Positions 36,822 to 62,910 of a stretch of 64,000 nucleotides of DNA are shown piece by piece (position 1 is the stretch's first letter; every line of letters begins with the position of its first letter). Where the stretch lies: the NCBI GenBank assembly GCA_002269645.1, contig NIVC01000067.1, forward strand, positions 682,001 to 746,000. Direction: 5' to 3'. Both the position numbers and the translations under genes were made by a program. The notes below the pieces were generated by a model, which was not told the origin of the DNA, searched no databases, and saw only the letters and a program-made list of their open reading frames with translations. Origin of the DNA: Macrostomum lignano. Taxonomy: Eukaryota.

Positions 36822-39782
36822 AATCTGCCGGGCAATTTCTAAGCAAAATTAATTGACGCACGCAGATTCGAAACATTTTTTTAAATCGCGGGTAAATTTT
36901 ATTACGAGCGTACGTACAAGAGATGCTTGGGATTTTTTCTAACAATCTTTTTGCTTGAGCCGCAGATGTTAAAGTCTGATGGTAGATTTACCAGCCTTAT
37001 TTTGGTTAATAAAGATGGCGAAAGGAGAAAATAAAAGACAGAAGTAAAAATAAATTATGCGACCTTAATAAATAAAACAAATAAATAAATTCAGTAAAAT
37101 AAAACAAATCGGAAAAGTTTACTAAGAATACTAATTATTAGATTAAAGAAATTAGATAAAAAGCCCTTTGCTGATGCATTTTAAGACGAAACCTGCTTAT
37201 GCTTATAATCATGAGCTTATAATTGCTTTATCTCGTATACGGAGCTATAGTTGATCCTATAACCCTATAATTCTAGCACTAGCCCAGCCCTTTCTGTCTG
37301 TCCTCGTATATTACAATTGTCTGTCAAGCCTAGCCATTAGGACGACATTCACTCGGAATTTCAATTTGATTGCATTACAATTGTGCATGTACATGTGTGC
37401 AAACGAAAGTAAATGTTGTGGCCGTAGTTGCGTTTAAAGCGGTCCCGTTTTACAGATAAATTTAGGTATATTTATTAAAGTTCGTCTATATTAAAGTACA
37501 GTGTACAAGTTGCTTACACTGATTGGAGTTTACACATCAACCTGATCTAAACATTGTTATAAGTAGAACATAATTCGTATTCTATAATGCTCCACTCTGT
37601 GATGCAATATTGAACTTGTATCTGTTTTAATTGTTACGATATATCCCTGACGTTAATCTCGACTGGTGTATTGCTATATTTCACGTCCCGGCTCAGCCAG
37701 CTCCGAACCCAGTAGGGCAGCTAGTCAGAAACAGATACTTCCAGATTATTTTTGTGATTGTTTTATGTGATCAAACCGGGCCGGGCCGGGCCGTCAAATA
37801 CCACCCACCCTACCTCGACTAGCTAGCACTTCCATACTTGTATCAATCGCAACAAATTAAAACAAATGTTTTGTTTATTCAGGAATCAAATAAATATATA
37901 CTCTTCTAAAAATATAGACCTTTTAAACTAAGTAATTTTTTTGCCTTATACTCGTACATGTACATCTACCATTCTTAAATTACAGGACATGTTGCATGCG
38001 CAGTGTGTACCTTCAACTACTTAAGTACTCGTAACTAAAACGGAATCAGATCTTCGTGAATGCACGTTTGCACGTACATGTAATAGAAGAACTGAATTTT
38101 TGTTTTGAAAAATATGGACGGTGTGACGTTGTCAGTTGAGGTAGCCCCGACAAGGGCCGTTTTAGCGAGAACAGTGCCTTCTATAATATTGTTAATTTAA
38201 TGGTCTCGTACTCTAACGTCTGCTTAAAGTAATCCCCAAAGAATTTTAAACAACATTGCGTGCGCTTGTAAAGCCTATGTACAATGCGATCGATAATTTC
38301 TGTTTTCAAGTTGGTTTTTCTCGCCGGCCAATAGAAAAGCCGCGCATAAATTATGCTAGCCTGAAATTAAGCTCTCCGCGCGCACCCACCCCCAGCCCGC
38401 TCTTTATCAGTCCTGTCTGGCCCGGGGTTAGCCCCTTGTTTTTCACCCTTGTTTACTTGTTTACCCGTCTTCTCTCTCCGCCTCGCTCCGCCACAGTCCT
38501 AAACCACGCCTCTGCCAAGTCTCAGTCACGCCACCGCCACCGCCAATTCTCGATCACGCCACCACTACCGTCTGTAAAGGGTTCTCGCTACGAGTACCGC
38601 CACCATCGATCACTGCCATCACATCGTCGCCATTGCCTCAGGCTCATCGACTCGCTCTATCATCTATCTTATTGTTGCGTAGCCGCTTAGTGCATTCCTT
38701 ACGGATTCAGCAAATACTCTGGCCCATCTCTATTAACTACCTTGACGGAATTGATAATAACAAGCCCTAACTATCCACTTATTCGCTACTATCATCAAGT
38801 GCTACCGCTAAAAAATTTGACTCTGCTGTATTTGTCTTCGTCAGTTAATTTCGAGTCTGCCGGTTAATCGTCACAGACGGCCTTATATCGATTAAATATG
38901 CGGAGATCGCAGCTGTGCCGTTCAGAGATTGCATGGCGACTTTTACCGCGATCCATTCCTGTACAATATATGACCGACAAACGACAATATGTCATATAAA
39001 TAGGGTGCAATTGCATGCTATAGAAGATCTTACATGTACCTAAAAAAGTATTATATCGCTTATAATTTGTTTCGTTTGCCAGGCATCCTTTTTCATCCCT
39101 TTTTTCTCTGCAAATCTCGTAAATTTATAGCATGTCAAAACTGTAAAAAAATGTTTAGTTTCGTGGGTAGTATAATAGTCTGTGGCGGCGCAGCACCGAT
39201 CCAATTAGGTGGGGGGGAGTGCAGAGGTTGGTTGGTTCACCTCATCCCCTGCATCGAATTTATAGAATTAGAGCAGCGCACTGCGCTAAATCTCACAAAA
39301 ACGTCTTTACGAGTAAGGAGCTCGTACTGAAAAAATTATACTGGGGGGTAGGAGGGTGGTCAAAATGACATTTATTAATTATTAGACATTAAAACTAAAT
39401 TGCATCCATCGGGTGAAGCAGCTCTGCAAATGCCCAAATATTAAATTTGAAGTCAATGAAGAAATATAATTAAAGAGGACACTAAAGGTTTACTAAATTT
39501 ATCTAATCTAGGCATATTTTCTTAAAATATTTTTCAAGTCCTTTTAAAGCAGCTTAAAAGTAAAGCTTGCTAATTTTGTTATAACTGATCTCCATGGTAA
39601 ACTTGATACAAACGTTAATTTATCAAACGTCGCGGGCGCATGATATTTTTAACACAAAGCCGATAGAAAAAGGTTTCGTTTATACTATAATTTCTGGAGT
39701 ACTGGAAGGAAATAAATGCCAGACGTGCCGCCTTGCATTTAAAGCAATTAATTTGATTGTAACTTCGAAAAATTGACAAGCC

Positions 39783-51356
<11,574 letters not shown>

Positions 51357-51429
51357 AGGCTTACCGGGATGATTGAGTTTTCTCGGCTTCTTCAATCTTC
51401 ATGCTGACAAACCTATTTTCAGTCCTTTC

Positions 51430-52372
51430 TGACACCTATATTACAGCCCTCTGATATTAGAGCCCTCTGACACCAATATTAGAGCCCTCCGACACCTATA
51501 TTAGAGCCCTCTGACACCAATATTAGAGCCCTCCGACACCTATATTAGAGCCCTCTGACACCAATATTAGAGCCCTCTACACCTATATTAGAGCCCTCTG
51601 ACACCAATATTAGAGCCCTCCGACACCTATATTTGAGCCGTCTGACACCAATATTAGAGCCCTCTGACACCAATATTAGAGCCCTCCGACACCTATATTT
51701 GAGCCGTCTGACACCAATATTAGAGCCCTCTGACACCAATATTAGAGCCCTCTGACACCTATATTAGAGCCCTTTGACACCTTTATTAGAGCCCTCTGAC
51801 ACCAATATTAGAGCCCTCCGACACCTATATTTGAGCCGTCTAACACCAATATTAGAGCCCTCTGACACCAATATTAGAGCCCTCCGACACCTATATTTGA
51901 GCCGTCTGACACCAATATTAGAGCCCTCTGACACCTATATTAGAGCCCTCTGACACCTATATTAGAGCCCTCTGACACCAATATTAGAGCCCTCTGACAC
52001 CAATATTAGAGCCTTCTGACACCAATATTAGAGCCTTCTGACACCAATATTAGAGCCCTCTGACACCTATATTAGAGGCCTTTGACACCTATATTGGAGG
52101 CCTTTGACACCAATATTAGAGGCCTTTGACACCAATTTTAGAGGCCTTTGACACCTATATTAGAGGCCTTTGACACCAATATTAGAGGCCTTTGACACCA
52201 ATATTAGAGGCCTTTGACACCAATTTTAGAGGCCTTTGACACCTATATTAGAGGTCTTTGACACCTATATTAGAGGCCTTTGACACCTATATTAGAGGCC
52301 TTTGACACCTATATTAGAGGCCCTTGACACCTATATTAGAGGCCTTTGACACCTATATTAGAGGCCTTTGAC
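51430..52372. repeat. 22-23-bp satellite 3' of the TRP gene
   Basis: Unit ttagagccctctgacaccaata grading to ttagaggcctttgacacctata. Confidence 0.95.
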
Positions 52373-53458
52373 ACGATGTTTTCATTGGTTTTTGGTGAAC
52401 TAAATAAAAGTCCAAAAACAAAATTTTGCAATCGAATTCTTTATTCTTACATTTTATAAGTAATCGTGCAATAAAAAAGCAATTTTTTTATAATTTTTGC
52501 TTTTTGACAATGTGTTTATCAATTTGTTTTTTTCATAGCTATTTTATCGATCCTTGCGTCTTTATACCTCACTGCGTGTCAATCAGCAGAAACATGCACA
52601 TTTTTTACTTCATGCACCAACTCTACAAAACCAGTAGTAGAGCTGTAGTTCTCTGACCCGTGCCTTGAACTATAATGCTCAACCTTATGCATGTATAGAA
52701 GTTGTTTCACACAGTTATTTAATTACGAGTAATTCAAGTGTTTTTGCTTTTATTTAATTGATTTCTGTTCCGGTAAACAAACTAATTGTGTCAAAAATCC
52801 AGCCTAAGGATGGCTGTCTGTTATGGTCAGAGATCTGCTTCATTCTCTGTGATAAATGATATGTACATATTCAGTTGATCGCTGCACTTAGATAAATGCT
52901 AATCGGATACATATAATATTAAAATATCTATACATTTACGTAACGTTTATTTGATTATACTTCTACGGCATCGATCTCGGCTACAGCGGTTTTTCCTGCG
53001 AACTTACACTTCACCTCCTTTGATTTTTACTGCGCTGTGACAGAATTTTACTGCGCCGCCTTATACTAACCTTGTGCTTTTTCGCGGTGAAATCTATTAA
53101 GCGACTTAGAGATACTGATGTTCTACAGGCTCTATTCAATGTTTTACGAATACCAGTCTATCAATATATAGCCACTTAATGTTTTCAGTCTTTTAGTAGT
53201 GTAGTGTCAAAAAACTGATGTACATGTAATGTTTTATCTACTTCTCTTCAGAAATACACACTTTAATCAAACGGATTTCTCTTGCTTTTTAAATAAAATA
53301 CAAGATTATTTATAGTAATTAAAGTGTGTAATTACGTCACACACTTAATGAACGTGAGTAACGTTAATTAACATTAACATTAATGTTAATTAACGTTAAA
53401 CATTAAGTACCTCTTAATATGAAGTCTTTCGTTGGTATTCATGTAGCAGTATCCATGC

Positions 53459-53689
53459 ATTGGAGTTCGGTCAAAGTTAAAATTCATAAGTGGTATGCTC
53501 TCCCTGGTGTAAGCCAATGTCAACTTATATATGTATAACAACTTATATATTAGATTGTTATAAAAGTTGTTATAATTAAGTTGTTATTAATCAACAAGTA
53601 TATGTATAACAACTTATATATAAGTTGACATTGGCTTACACCAGGGAGAGCATACCACTTATGAATTTTAATTTTGACCGAACTCCAAT
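53459..53689. mobile_element. Foldback-type MITE (231 bp, ~75-bp TIRs)
   Basis: attggagttcggtcaaagttaaaattcataagtggtatgctctccctggtgtaagccaatgtcaacttatatat recurs as its reverse complement ending at 53689 with about one mismatch. Confidence 0.85.
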
Positions 53690-54891
53690 ATATACTACAG
53701 TGGTCCTTGTTTTTAATTTTCCCATAATTTAGTGGTAAATGCTTGCGACAAGTAAAAAACTGACTTTTAAAAGCAATTACCTGTAGCTCTAAAAATACTT
53801 TACTTTTGATTTTTTAAAATTTGTTACACTGCAATTAAGCAAATAACACTTTACTGCACTGTAATTAGAAATTTTTGTTGTAATGCGTTATCGTATTATC
53901 GTGACCGGTATCGTTCATTTTCGAAAGGTACAACTCTAATTATAAATCAAAATCAAATATAATTAATGTAAATATCTAACGTCTATAATATACATTTGAG
54001 TACTGAGTAGCACCATGTCCATTACAGTTCAGATATATACAAAGTATTTAAATTTGGAGCATGGTTCAGCTTAAAATAGGCATTTTACTTTTAAGTAAGA
54101 AATTATTTAAAAAAGTATAGGCCTACAAGTAAGTTTTATGCATGTATAAAGCTATGTTCTATGTACAATGGTTTTGCCTAGTCTTAGTGAGAAAGGTGGC
54201 ATGGCATGTGCCATGTGCTAGGACAATATTTGCGAGACAATTGTACATTATCGATTATTGATGTTTAAAATAAGGACCCTTCAAATGCATGCACCAGGAT
54301 TTTCATTTTCACCACCTTGATTATAGCCATAGTCAGGATCATGGCACACCTGTGCTGCACTGGAACAAATCCTGTAATAAAAGTTTGCTTGCGCCATGTG
54401 TTGAAACTATTTTTGTCAAAATAACAATAACAATATTAACAATAACATATTTCAATTTTTATACAATTTGTTTGTTCAGCTTAACCTTGCTTAAGGTCCT
54501 TGTCTAAATACTAAACACTAGTAGTGCCCAAGCCTTAAAATAGAATATAGTAATTCATAGTTTTAATATAAAAAAATATTTGTAAATTAATAAATAATTT
54601 TAAATAGTTATAAAACCTCAATGAAATTTAGTAATAGAATACATCAAATTTAATTTTTGTCTAAGTTCTTAAATAATTATACTAATTAATAACCTAATTA
54701 GCCTTTAAAGTTAGCCTATTCAAGCTTATTTAATAAAAATTAGAACTTTTTATCTTTAATTTTGTATTTTATCTTTATTTTGTATATTTGTTGATTGCTA
54801 ATTTTGTCTGTTTCTTAGAAAAGACCTAAAGAAATGTTGCCTATAGGCATACAGTAATACAACTAGAAATTTGTCAAGGAGGCAGATTTTA

Positions 54892-56652
54892 GGTTCCTGG
54901 ACACTTTGTCATCTTACCACTTTGTTATCCACTCATATTTTTGGACACTTCGTCATCTTACCACTTCATCATCCACATTACTAATGTAGACACTTTGTCA
55001 TCTATTCCCTGGACACTTTGTTATCTACTCGCAGGACACTTCGTCATCCACTTTTACTATGAAAAACTTTGCTATATATGTAACATATGTATACTCATAC
55101 ATGCAGTTCTACATGTATAAAGATTAAGATTCAACATTATACATGTAAATGTATCTACATATAGATATAGTCGCCCTCCTCCTTTCACATTCTGGGCTTG
55201 GGACCAGACAATGGCAGAGTTACAACCCACAAAGAGAGTCATTAAATACCATAATTTGTAGCTATACATGTAGGCACAAAGATCACAAAGTTCACAAAGC
55301 ACAAAGAGAATAGCATTAAGACCTACACATTTAAATTACTGCAGAATTAATAGTACCAGCTAATATTAAATGTAGCTAAATGTAGCTAAATTTTTCTTAG
55401 GTAAATGTAGCTAAGTAAAACTTCGAAGTTATACAACTGCAAAAGTGATTTTGTCTAAATAGAATAATTCTATAGCTGATTTTAAAAATCAAGGAAGAAC
55501 TTACATACATTAAATAAATACTCACTGATGGCCTTGCACTTGACTGCCGAACTGAGGGATGTGACCCAGGCGAGAGCAGCTAAGCAGGAAGCTGCAAATG
55601 GAAAGTTTGCCAGCTTGATATTTAGCCTAGTTGCACTCTGCAGACTCCTGCAGCTGCTGGTAATGCAACTTGCACTGACGCTCTTGGACTCCTTGCTCGC
55701 GTACCAAGGAGGTGTAAACTGGCATAAGCTCGGCTTCAAGAATTGGCATGTTGCACTCATAGACAAAAAAATACATGTACGGCTTAGCATATTTAGGGGG
55801 TGAAAACGCTCTACAGCTCAGACTGTATGCGTGTGAAGGGTTGGTTAAGTCCCTGCAGGTGAAGCAAGGATCAAAAAATCCATTACGTAATATCACTCTA
55901 GCTTAGATTTTATCGGGTTGTGATTCAAGGGTTGGTTAAGTCCTTAAAGAGAAATCCATTACGTAACTACACATGCATGGCCACATACTTTGTTGCCTCC
56001 CCTTCGGTTGTAGAAGTGATAATGCTTTAACGTTTTAATGCTTGAATGTTTTAACAATTAGGCCAAGAACTAAATGGCAAGCACTAGTATTTCATGGCTT
56101 GGGCATGAACAAAGGCCGCACCACCGGCAGTGTCAGCCAGCAGACAGTCGATGTAACGCCAAGTTTGCGCTTGACCTCGCTGGTAAAGGGTGCCTGCAGT
56201 GTGAGCAGCAGCACCTCCTGCACCAGCTGTGGGCAGTACAACTCGGCGCGGATGAGATGGCCTGCAAGCTGGAGTCACCGACGGCGCAGTAAGATCACTT
56301 GGACATGGCAGGCCAGCGCGGCGATAGAGTGTATGCCAATTATAGCGACAAGTTTAATGTCTAAGTGTGTATTTAATCCTAAACCTAATACTTCCAAATA
56401 TACTAAATCTCTAAGGTTTGTACGTATGCTTGTTACAGACTAAATTGACCGAGTAACAATTTATAACAATATAACAATCGAATAACAACTTACAGCCTTG
56501 CAAAATCTTGGGATGACAAAGTGTCCTCAAAATTTGGTCACTTTGTCATCTAGATTTACTAACTATTTTTTGATATGACAAAATGTCCGAAATCCATGGT
56601 CACTTTGTCATCAAGATGACAAAGTTGTAAGATGACGAAGTGTCCAGGAACC
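54892..56652 (-). mobile_element. Non-autonomous Mutator (Phantom-like) element with a decayed transposase C-terminus
   Basis: TIRs ggttcctggacactttgtcatcttac / gtaagatgacgaagtgtccaggaacc; TSD agatttta at 54884-54891 and 56653-56660 (10 bp if termini are trimmed by one); subterminal gacactt(t/c)gtcatc repeats; minus-strand EAELMPVYTSLVRE...QQLQESAECN*AKYQAGKLSICSFLLSCS resembles MULE C-termini. Confidence 0.78.
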
Positions 56653-57365
56653 AGATTTTAGAAGGTAACTAGCAATCTTCGCCCCCCGTTGGGGGACATC
56701 TGTATAGAATCTCTGTTCTCTATAAGTACACAACAAGTACTAGTCTGTCGTGTCTACACGACATGACAAGTACAAGTACAAGTACTCTACAAGTACACAA
56801 GTACCTCTACAAAAAATTTACTTGGGCCCTTCTTTAATTTTTTAATTTTTGCCTAAGGAGGGCAAATGTCCTTACCTGCCTTGGTTGCACTATTGTAGGC
56901 ATTACATTTTTTATAAATAAAGTTACTTAGACAAAACATTCAATGAAAAAATCCTATACTTAATATATTATATCTGAAGCCTATATCTTTTAAATTAGTA
57001 TAATTGTTACTACTTATGAGTAATCAAGCTTTCTATTTAAGAAAGCATCAAGCACAAGTGTATAACTTGATGCCTATTTAAAGGCATTGCTAAAATGTAG
57101 AATATAATCCATCTTTGTAATATTATTAAATACCCCAATGATAGCCATTTCAATAATAGCCCAGTAATTTATAATAAAAAAAATTATCAAGACTATCTTT
57201 TATAATATTAGGCCTATCATCAATATTTTTGTTTTTAAGTCAATGAAGTTAATTTTTTAAAACTTAGATGAGTTTAAATGTTGATTGCATTATTTTAATC
57301 AACTATTTTTGCAACATATACATAGAGTATCTAAGTAGGACCCTATATACCAGCATTAATAGCTA

Positions 57366-58136
57366 CAAGGGCTGTCCCAAAAGTATTACTTTTCATTATA
57401 TCTCTCATTCTGCTAATCCAAATAATATCATTTTGCATAGATTTATAGTGACAACCCTCTTCTTCATATTAACTTTAACATCATTAAAAATAGACAATGG
57501 CAACAAAAGTTAACAACTAAAATGTAGCAAGAGCTTGATCATAGACTTACAGTAAGTCAACAAGTTAACAAAATTTTTCAAAGTGGTAGCTGTCAAATGG
57601 GCAATTTGGCTGCAGTGAATGCTTCAAAATAACTGCAGTAAATGACTGCGAAGACCCATGAGCCAATGAAAGTTGAGCATGAATCTTGGTTTAACTATGC
57701 CCCATCCTCTAAAGGGTGTATATCATACTCCTCTAAGCAACACTTAAATGCACATCCATGACTTTCAATGCAGCAAAAGGAAGGAACAAAAAGCAGTGAA
57801 GCTAAAGCCTAGTTTAAAATATCCTGTTGCTTTAAAAATTATATGCTTCTCTAAGTTTTTCCATAGATATCTCTTTGTCACAGCAGCCTAACAAAGAAGT
57901 CTAAGTGCATTCAATCAAAATTACTTTTGCTACTTTCTGCTAGCTTGTTGACTTACTATAAGTCTATGGTCGAGTTTCTGCTGCATTTTAGTTTATAACT
58001 TTTGTTTCTTCTATTGTCTATTCTTAATGATAATAAAGTTGATATGAAGAAGAGTTGCCACTATAAATCTGTGCAAATGATATTATTTGGATGAGAGATA
58101 TAATGAAAAGTAACACTACTTTTGGGACAACCCTCA
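57366..58136. mobile_element. Mariner-type non-autonomous element (771 bp)
   Basis: ~45-bp TIRs (caagggctgtcccaaaagta..ttacttttcattatatctctcat and its reverse complement); TA TSD at 57364-57365 and 58137-58138. Confidence 0.8.
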
Positions 58137-59208
58137 TAAATCAATTGAAAATATATATTTCATAGTGCATTGTCTACCATTAGTGAATAAAATGTTTTAT
58201 ACTTTTTTAAATGGGGTCATATTTCTAAGTTATAACCAAGAATATATATTATTTGATTATCTTTAAATATATAAATGTTATTATAATTAGTTCTATGTAA
58301 ATTTACTATAATTCTTAGACTAGAATAAACTGCAACACAATGACAAATTTTTACATTCTAGAATCCAAAAAACCTTTTTGGCTCCATTTGGATTAGTTAT
58401 ATGGAATCCTGGAGAGATATGTTACACTTATATAAAATTTATAATTGGCAACTAGTGAATGAGTTGGTTAGTTATAATGTAAAACATATCTTGAGTGTGT
58501 AGCTACTTTTTAATAAGCTTTGTCAATTTTAATCTAAAATCCATTCATTTTATCTTGTTCTATTTCATCTACTTTTAAAGTTCTGTTTAATTAAATAGTT
58601 GTTAGTTACTTTTATACTTTCAATCAATTTTTCCTCATAGCTTTCCTAAATGATAGTATGTAATTCCATTGAAAAATTTATTGATATTAGCTAATTAGCT
58701 TAGCTAATTAGCTTAATTATAATATGATGATTAAGGTTTATTTGCCAAATATTTTCCACTGTTAATAAACTTTTTATATCAATTATTGCTATTTAGCTTA
58801 AAATTCTCTTAGTCTGTTTTGTTAAACTACCAACCTACACATACATGCGCAACAGTCGGCCGAGTCGGCCGATCCGGCCGACCGATTTGGCGGCCAACCA
58901 AGAAAGTCGCAAAAAAACCCAAGTAGTAGTACTAAGTAGCTGACGAGGCATTTTGGCTTAATAAGACAGTTAAGGTTACTCCTGCCGTTTACCCAAAGTT
59001 GCGTTAATTTTGCTTTAGGATTTTTTTTACATGTAAGTCGCATTTTTGGCCAAAAACTACGTCGCACTTTTGTTAAAACTAAGTCGCACGGCCGACCGAA
59101 TTTTAGAGGTTGCGCATGTATGAACCTACAGTTATATTAAAGTTTGCAATTGCAACTGTTGCATTTGGCTTGACATTTCAGCTAAACTCAGTTAGGACAA
59201 TAAAAACA

Positions 59209-60963
59209 ATGGCAGAAGCATTTGTAACACTTGCCACCAATGACTCCTATGCGCTTGGCGCAATTGTTTGGGCTAACTCTCTGCGCAATGTTAATACTAC
59301 CAAGCAAATCTGCGTTATGATCACAGATGGTGTTAGTCTGCAGTTCAGGTAAGTTAAGTGAACTAATGAGATGACGAGGCGTTTAACCATCGTAGTACAT
59401 TAATAGTTACTCCCGCCGATTACCCGGAATTTTTATAATCTGTAAATGTGAATCATTTAGGCAAGCCCTGGCACGCGTAGCTGACCACGTAGAGATGGTG
59501 CAGCCTCTCGACAGCAGCGACCCGGCCAATTTGGCTCTGCTTGGCCGGCCAAACCTTGGCTGCACATTCACCAAGCTGCACTGTTGGCGTCTGATTCGCT
59601 ACACTAAAGCCGTCTTCATGGACTCCGACACCCTGGTAATGGCTAATATTGACGATCTGTTAGAACGCGAGGAGCTCTCGGCCGCGCCAGATCCTGGCTG
59701 GCCCGACTGCTTCAACTCTGGCGTGTTTGTCTATCGGCCTAGCGAGGACACTTACAGGTAAAGGCTGTGACTAGGGTAGGTAGAGTAGCCAGTATAGCAG
59801 TAGGGTAGGTAGAGTAGCCAGTATAGCAGTAGGGTAGGTAGAGTAGCCAGTATAGCAGTAGGGTAGGTAGAGTAGCCAGTATAGCAGTAGGGTAGGTAGA
59901 GTAGCCAGTATAGCAGTAGAGTAGGTAGAGTAGCCAGTATAGCAGTAGAGTAGGTAGAGTAGCCGGGGTAGGCAGCCAGCACAGTGGGGTCGGTAGGCAG
60001 CCAGCACAGTGGGGTAGGCAGCCAGCACAGTGGGGTCGGTAGGCAGCCAGCACAGTGGGGTAGGCAGCCAGCACAGTGGGGTAGGCAGCCAGCACTGTGG
60101 GGTAGGCAGCCAGCACTGTGGGGTAGGCAGCCAGCACTGTGGGTAGGCAGCCAGCACTGTGGGGTAGGCAGCCAGCACAGTGGGGTAGGCAGTGAAGCAG
60201 CTGCCAGCACAGTGGGGTAGGCAGCCAGCACTGTGGGGTAGGCAGCCAGCACTGTGGGGTAGGCAGCCAGCACTGTGGGGTAGGCAGCCAGCACAGTGGG
60301 GTAGGCAGTGAAGCAGCTGCCAGCACAGTGGGGTAGGCAGCCAGCACAGTGGAGTAGGCAGCCAGCACAGGGGGGTAGGCAGCCAGCACAGTGGGGTAGG
60401 CAGCCAGCACAGTGGGGTAGGCAGCCAGCACAGTGGGGTAGGCAGCCAGCACAGTGGGGTAGGCAGCCAGCACAGTGGGGTAGGCAGCCAGCACAGTGGA
60501 GTAGGCAGCCAGCACAGTGGGGTAGGCAGCCAGCACAGTGGGGTAGGCAGCCAGCACAGTGGGGTAGGCAGTGAAGCAGCTGCCAGCACAGTGCTGCTAA
60601 CTCCGCATCCGCAGGCGCCTGCTAGACTTCGCTCGCAGCTGCACCAGTTTCGACGGCGCCGACCAAGGCCTGCTGAACATGTTCTTCAACGACTGGGCCA
60701 CTAAGGACATCACCAAGCACCTGCCATTCACCTACAACTGCGTGTCGCAGGCCTTCTATTCCTACTTGCCGGCGTTCCGTCATTTCCGACGCGACATCAA
60801 GGTGGCCCACTTCATCGGCGAAGTGAAGCCGTGGCATCACTCGTACAACAGCGCCACAGGGCAGGTTGAACCGCGCGAAGGCACCGGGCACCAATCGGAG
60901 TTTCTGCAGCACTGGTGGGACATCTACGTCACCCAGGTGCACGCTATGCTGCCAGCCGGAGCT
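59209..60963 (+). CDS. GYG: Glycogenin (GT8) catalytic domain, exons 1-3; gene continues 3'
   Basis: Exons 59209-59348, 59461-59757, 60615-60963. [22 protein letters not shown] (DxD), [35 protein letters not shown] (autoglucosylation Tyr context), HFIGEVKPW. Exon 3 ends in a phase-0 donor with no stop. Confidence 0.95.
59770..60592. repeat. 30-bp then 21-bp minisatellites in glycogenin intron 2
   Basis: Units agggtaggtagagtagccagtatagcagt(a) and ggggtaggcagccagcacagt. Confidence 0.95.
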
Positions 60964-62052
60964 GTAAGTGTGCAGTTAGTTACCTGCGGCCTCTAGCAGA
61001 TTAATATTCTTATTATTCAAGCATAAATTAATATGTTGTTATAATTTCTATCATTAATTTCTAGCCAGCAGCTGGGGATGCGGTAAGCCAGTGTATGGTA
61101 GAGTGTCATTGTCCCGTGTTGTTCAGCTGATATATTAGTCAATTGGAATGCATCACGTGCATCCTATCTTGCATTTTATGCACCATATATAAATCCTTCT
61201 GATTTCATATTTAGATCTGTTACAAATCGTAATATTTAATAACTGTGTATATAGACTAGCGAAACTTATAATTCACTCTAGATCTCTTTACAATCGGCAC
61301 CAACTTATCATAGATTGTCATTGTACGGTTAATTAATTTTTAATTAGAACTGTGTTATGATTATGATTATTAATTTTTATTAGCTTAATTACACAATAGT
61401 ATCTGACTGACTCTTATTATCCAGTCTAACAGCCTTCGCTGATGGGCTGGATGGAGAGTTTTGGGGATGGAACGGAGTGGAAAAGCTTTGGGAGGCATTC
61501 GCGAATGGGTTTGGGGATGGGAAAAGGGCTGAAAGTTTGGGAGAGAAAAGCTTACTTAGTTGCAGAGATTTCATTTTGTGTCTTCTGCAGACTTAGGGGG
61601 CAGGGTGGCTGGTCAGGAACGCGCTGGGCTTTCATTGTACACTACTTTCCCTATTCTAAATGTACATTGGATTTTGTACTGGCCTTCCGCGCAACGAGGC
61701 CGCTTCTACACCAAAATCTGTTCCAGTTAGTGTCGACTATTGAAGATTGTTAGTTAGTCAGCAAGGAGACTGGGGGCAGGGGGGTTTTGACATTTTTCGA
61801 TGCGATACTATATATATAGTTTGTAAACTTTACTTCATGTACTTTTTGCAATGTGCCAACATTGATTGACCTTCATTTGTTCTATGATTTAATCGTTGCG
61901 AAACGAGCAATACGTTGTATAAGTACATTCTGAACTTGAATTTCAACGATTTTCTTTTTATCTATTGTGCTTTGGTTGGGGAATCGAGTCCCGGACCTCT
62001 GCTGGGATATCACTACCCGTATTTCAACGCTTCGCGAACACACAAAACGCAG

Positions 62053-62910
62053 CGCCTGCTGCCAGACAGTCCCGAACTGGCCGAGGCCGCTCGCCAGCGT
62101 CGCCGCGTGCTAGCCGTTATCAGCGGCACTCGCCGATTGGTTCGCCTACGCCGGAGCCGTCTAGTCCGCCGGCTTGGCAACCGCCAGTGGGGCTGGTCGT
62201 CGGCAACTGGGACGACAACTAACGAGGCCGGTTTAGTTAGAATCCGCCGCAGCCAGAATCGCCTGGTCGAGGCGCTGCTGTTGCCGCCGCTGGCCTCGTC
62301 GGCTTCGTCCAGCTCCGGTCGGAGGCTCCGTCTGGCTGGCGAGCGCACATTCTGCTCCATCGTTCGTCAGCCCGCGGCGGCCACTTCAATGCTGACAACA
62401 ACATCAACAACGACAACTTCGACAACAACAAAAAGGATGCCTGCGTCATCTGTTGTGGTGTTCAGACCGGCCACTTTGCCAGCTGCGGACTGCGGCGTCC
62501 TGGCTGGGTCATTCACCAGGCACACTTTCATCACCCCGCTGGCCAAGCCGGATCCCAAGTCTGTGCACTCGGTTCGCATCAAGCAGAGTAAGAATAAGGC
62601 GGCAGCCGCCACGGCCGCTGCTGATGAAGAGGCGCAAATTGAGGTGGCTAGGACTAGTCGTTCCAGCACCACCACGGTGACGGTGACAGCGGCCGCCTTG
62701 GCTGATCGGCTGTTCGAAGCGCTCCACTTGGAGCCGCCAGCTCAGGAGCAGCTGGAGCGGTCGCGGATTCTAGCCCCGGCTGCTGAGATTGACGACTCCT
62801 ACATTACTCGGCGAGTAGAGGAATTTGACGAGTCGGCAACCACTGGCGCGTCAGAGTATTATGAAGAATTCTATGACGAATATTATGACGAATCGGAACT
62901 ACCTGTTGAG
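62053..62910 (+). CDS. Probable large low-complexity coding exon, candidate glycogenin C-terminal extension
   Basis: Lies within ORF 61915-63093; phase-0 acceptor aaacgcag| at 62052 and donor gag|gtttgg at 62910; GC-rich; Arg-rich, then Thr-rich, then acidic Tyr-rich (EYYEEFYDEYYDESE). Confidence 0.5.

Noticed and set aside
38256-38690. 144-aa ORF upstream of the TRP gene
   Set aside because: Non-ATG start, low complexity, no recognisable motif or exon boundaries.
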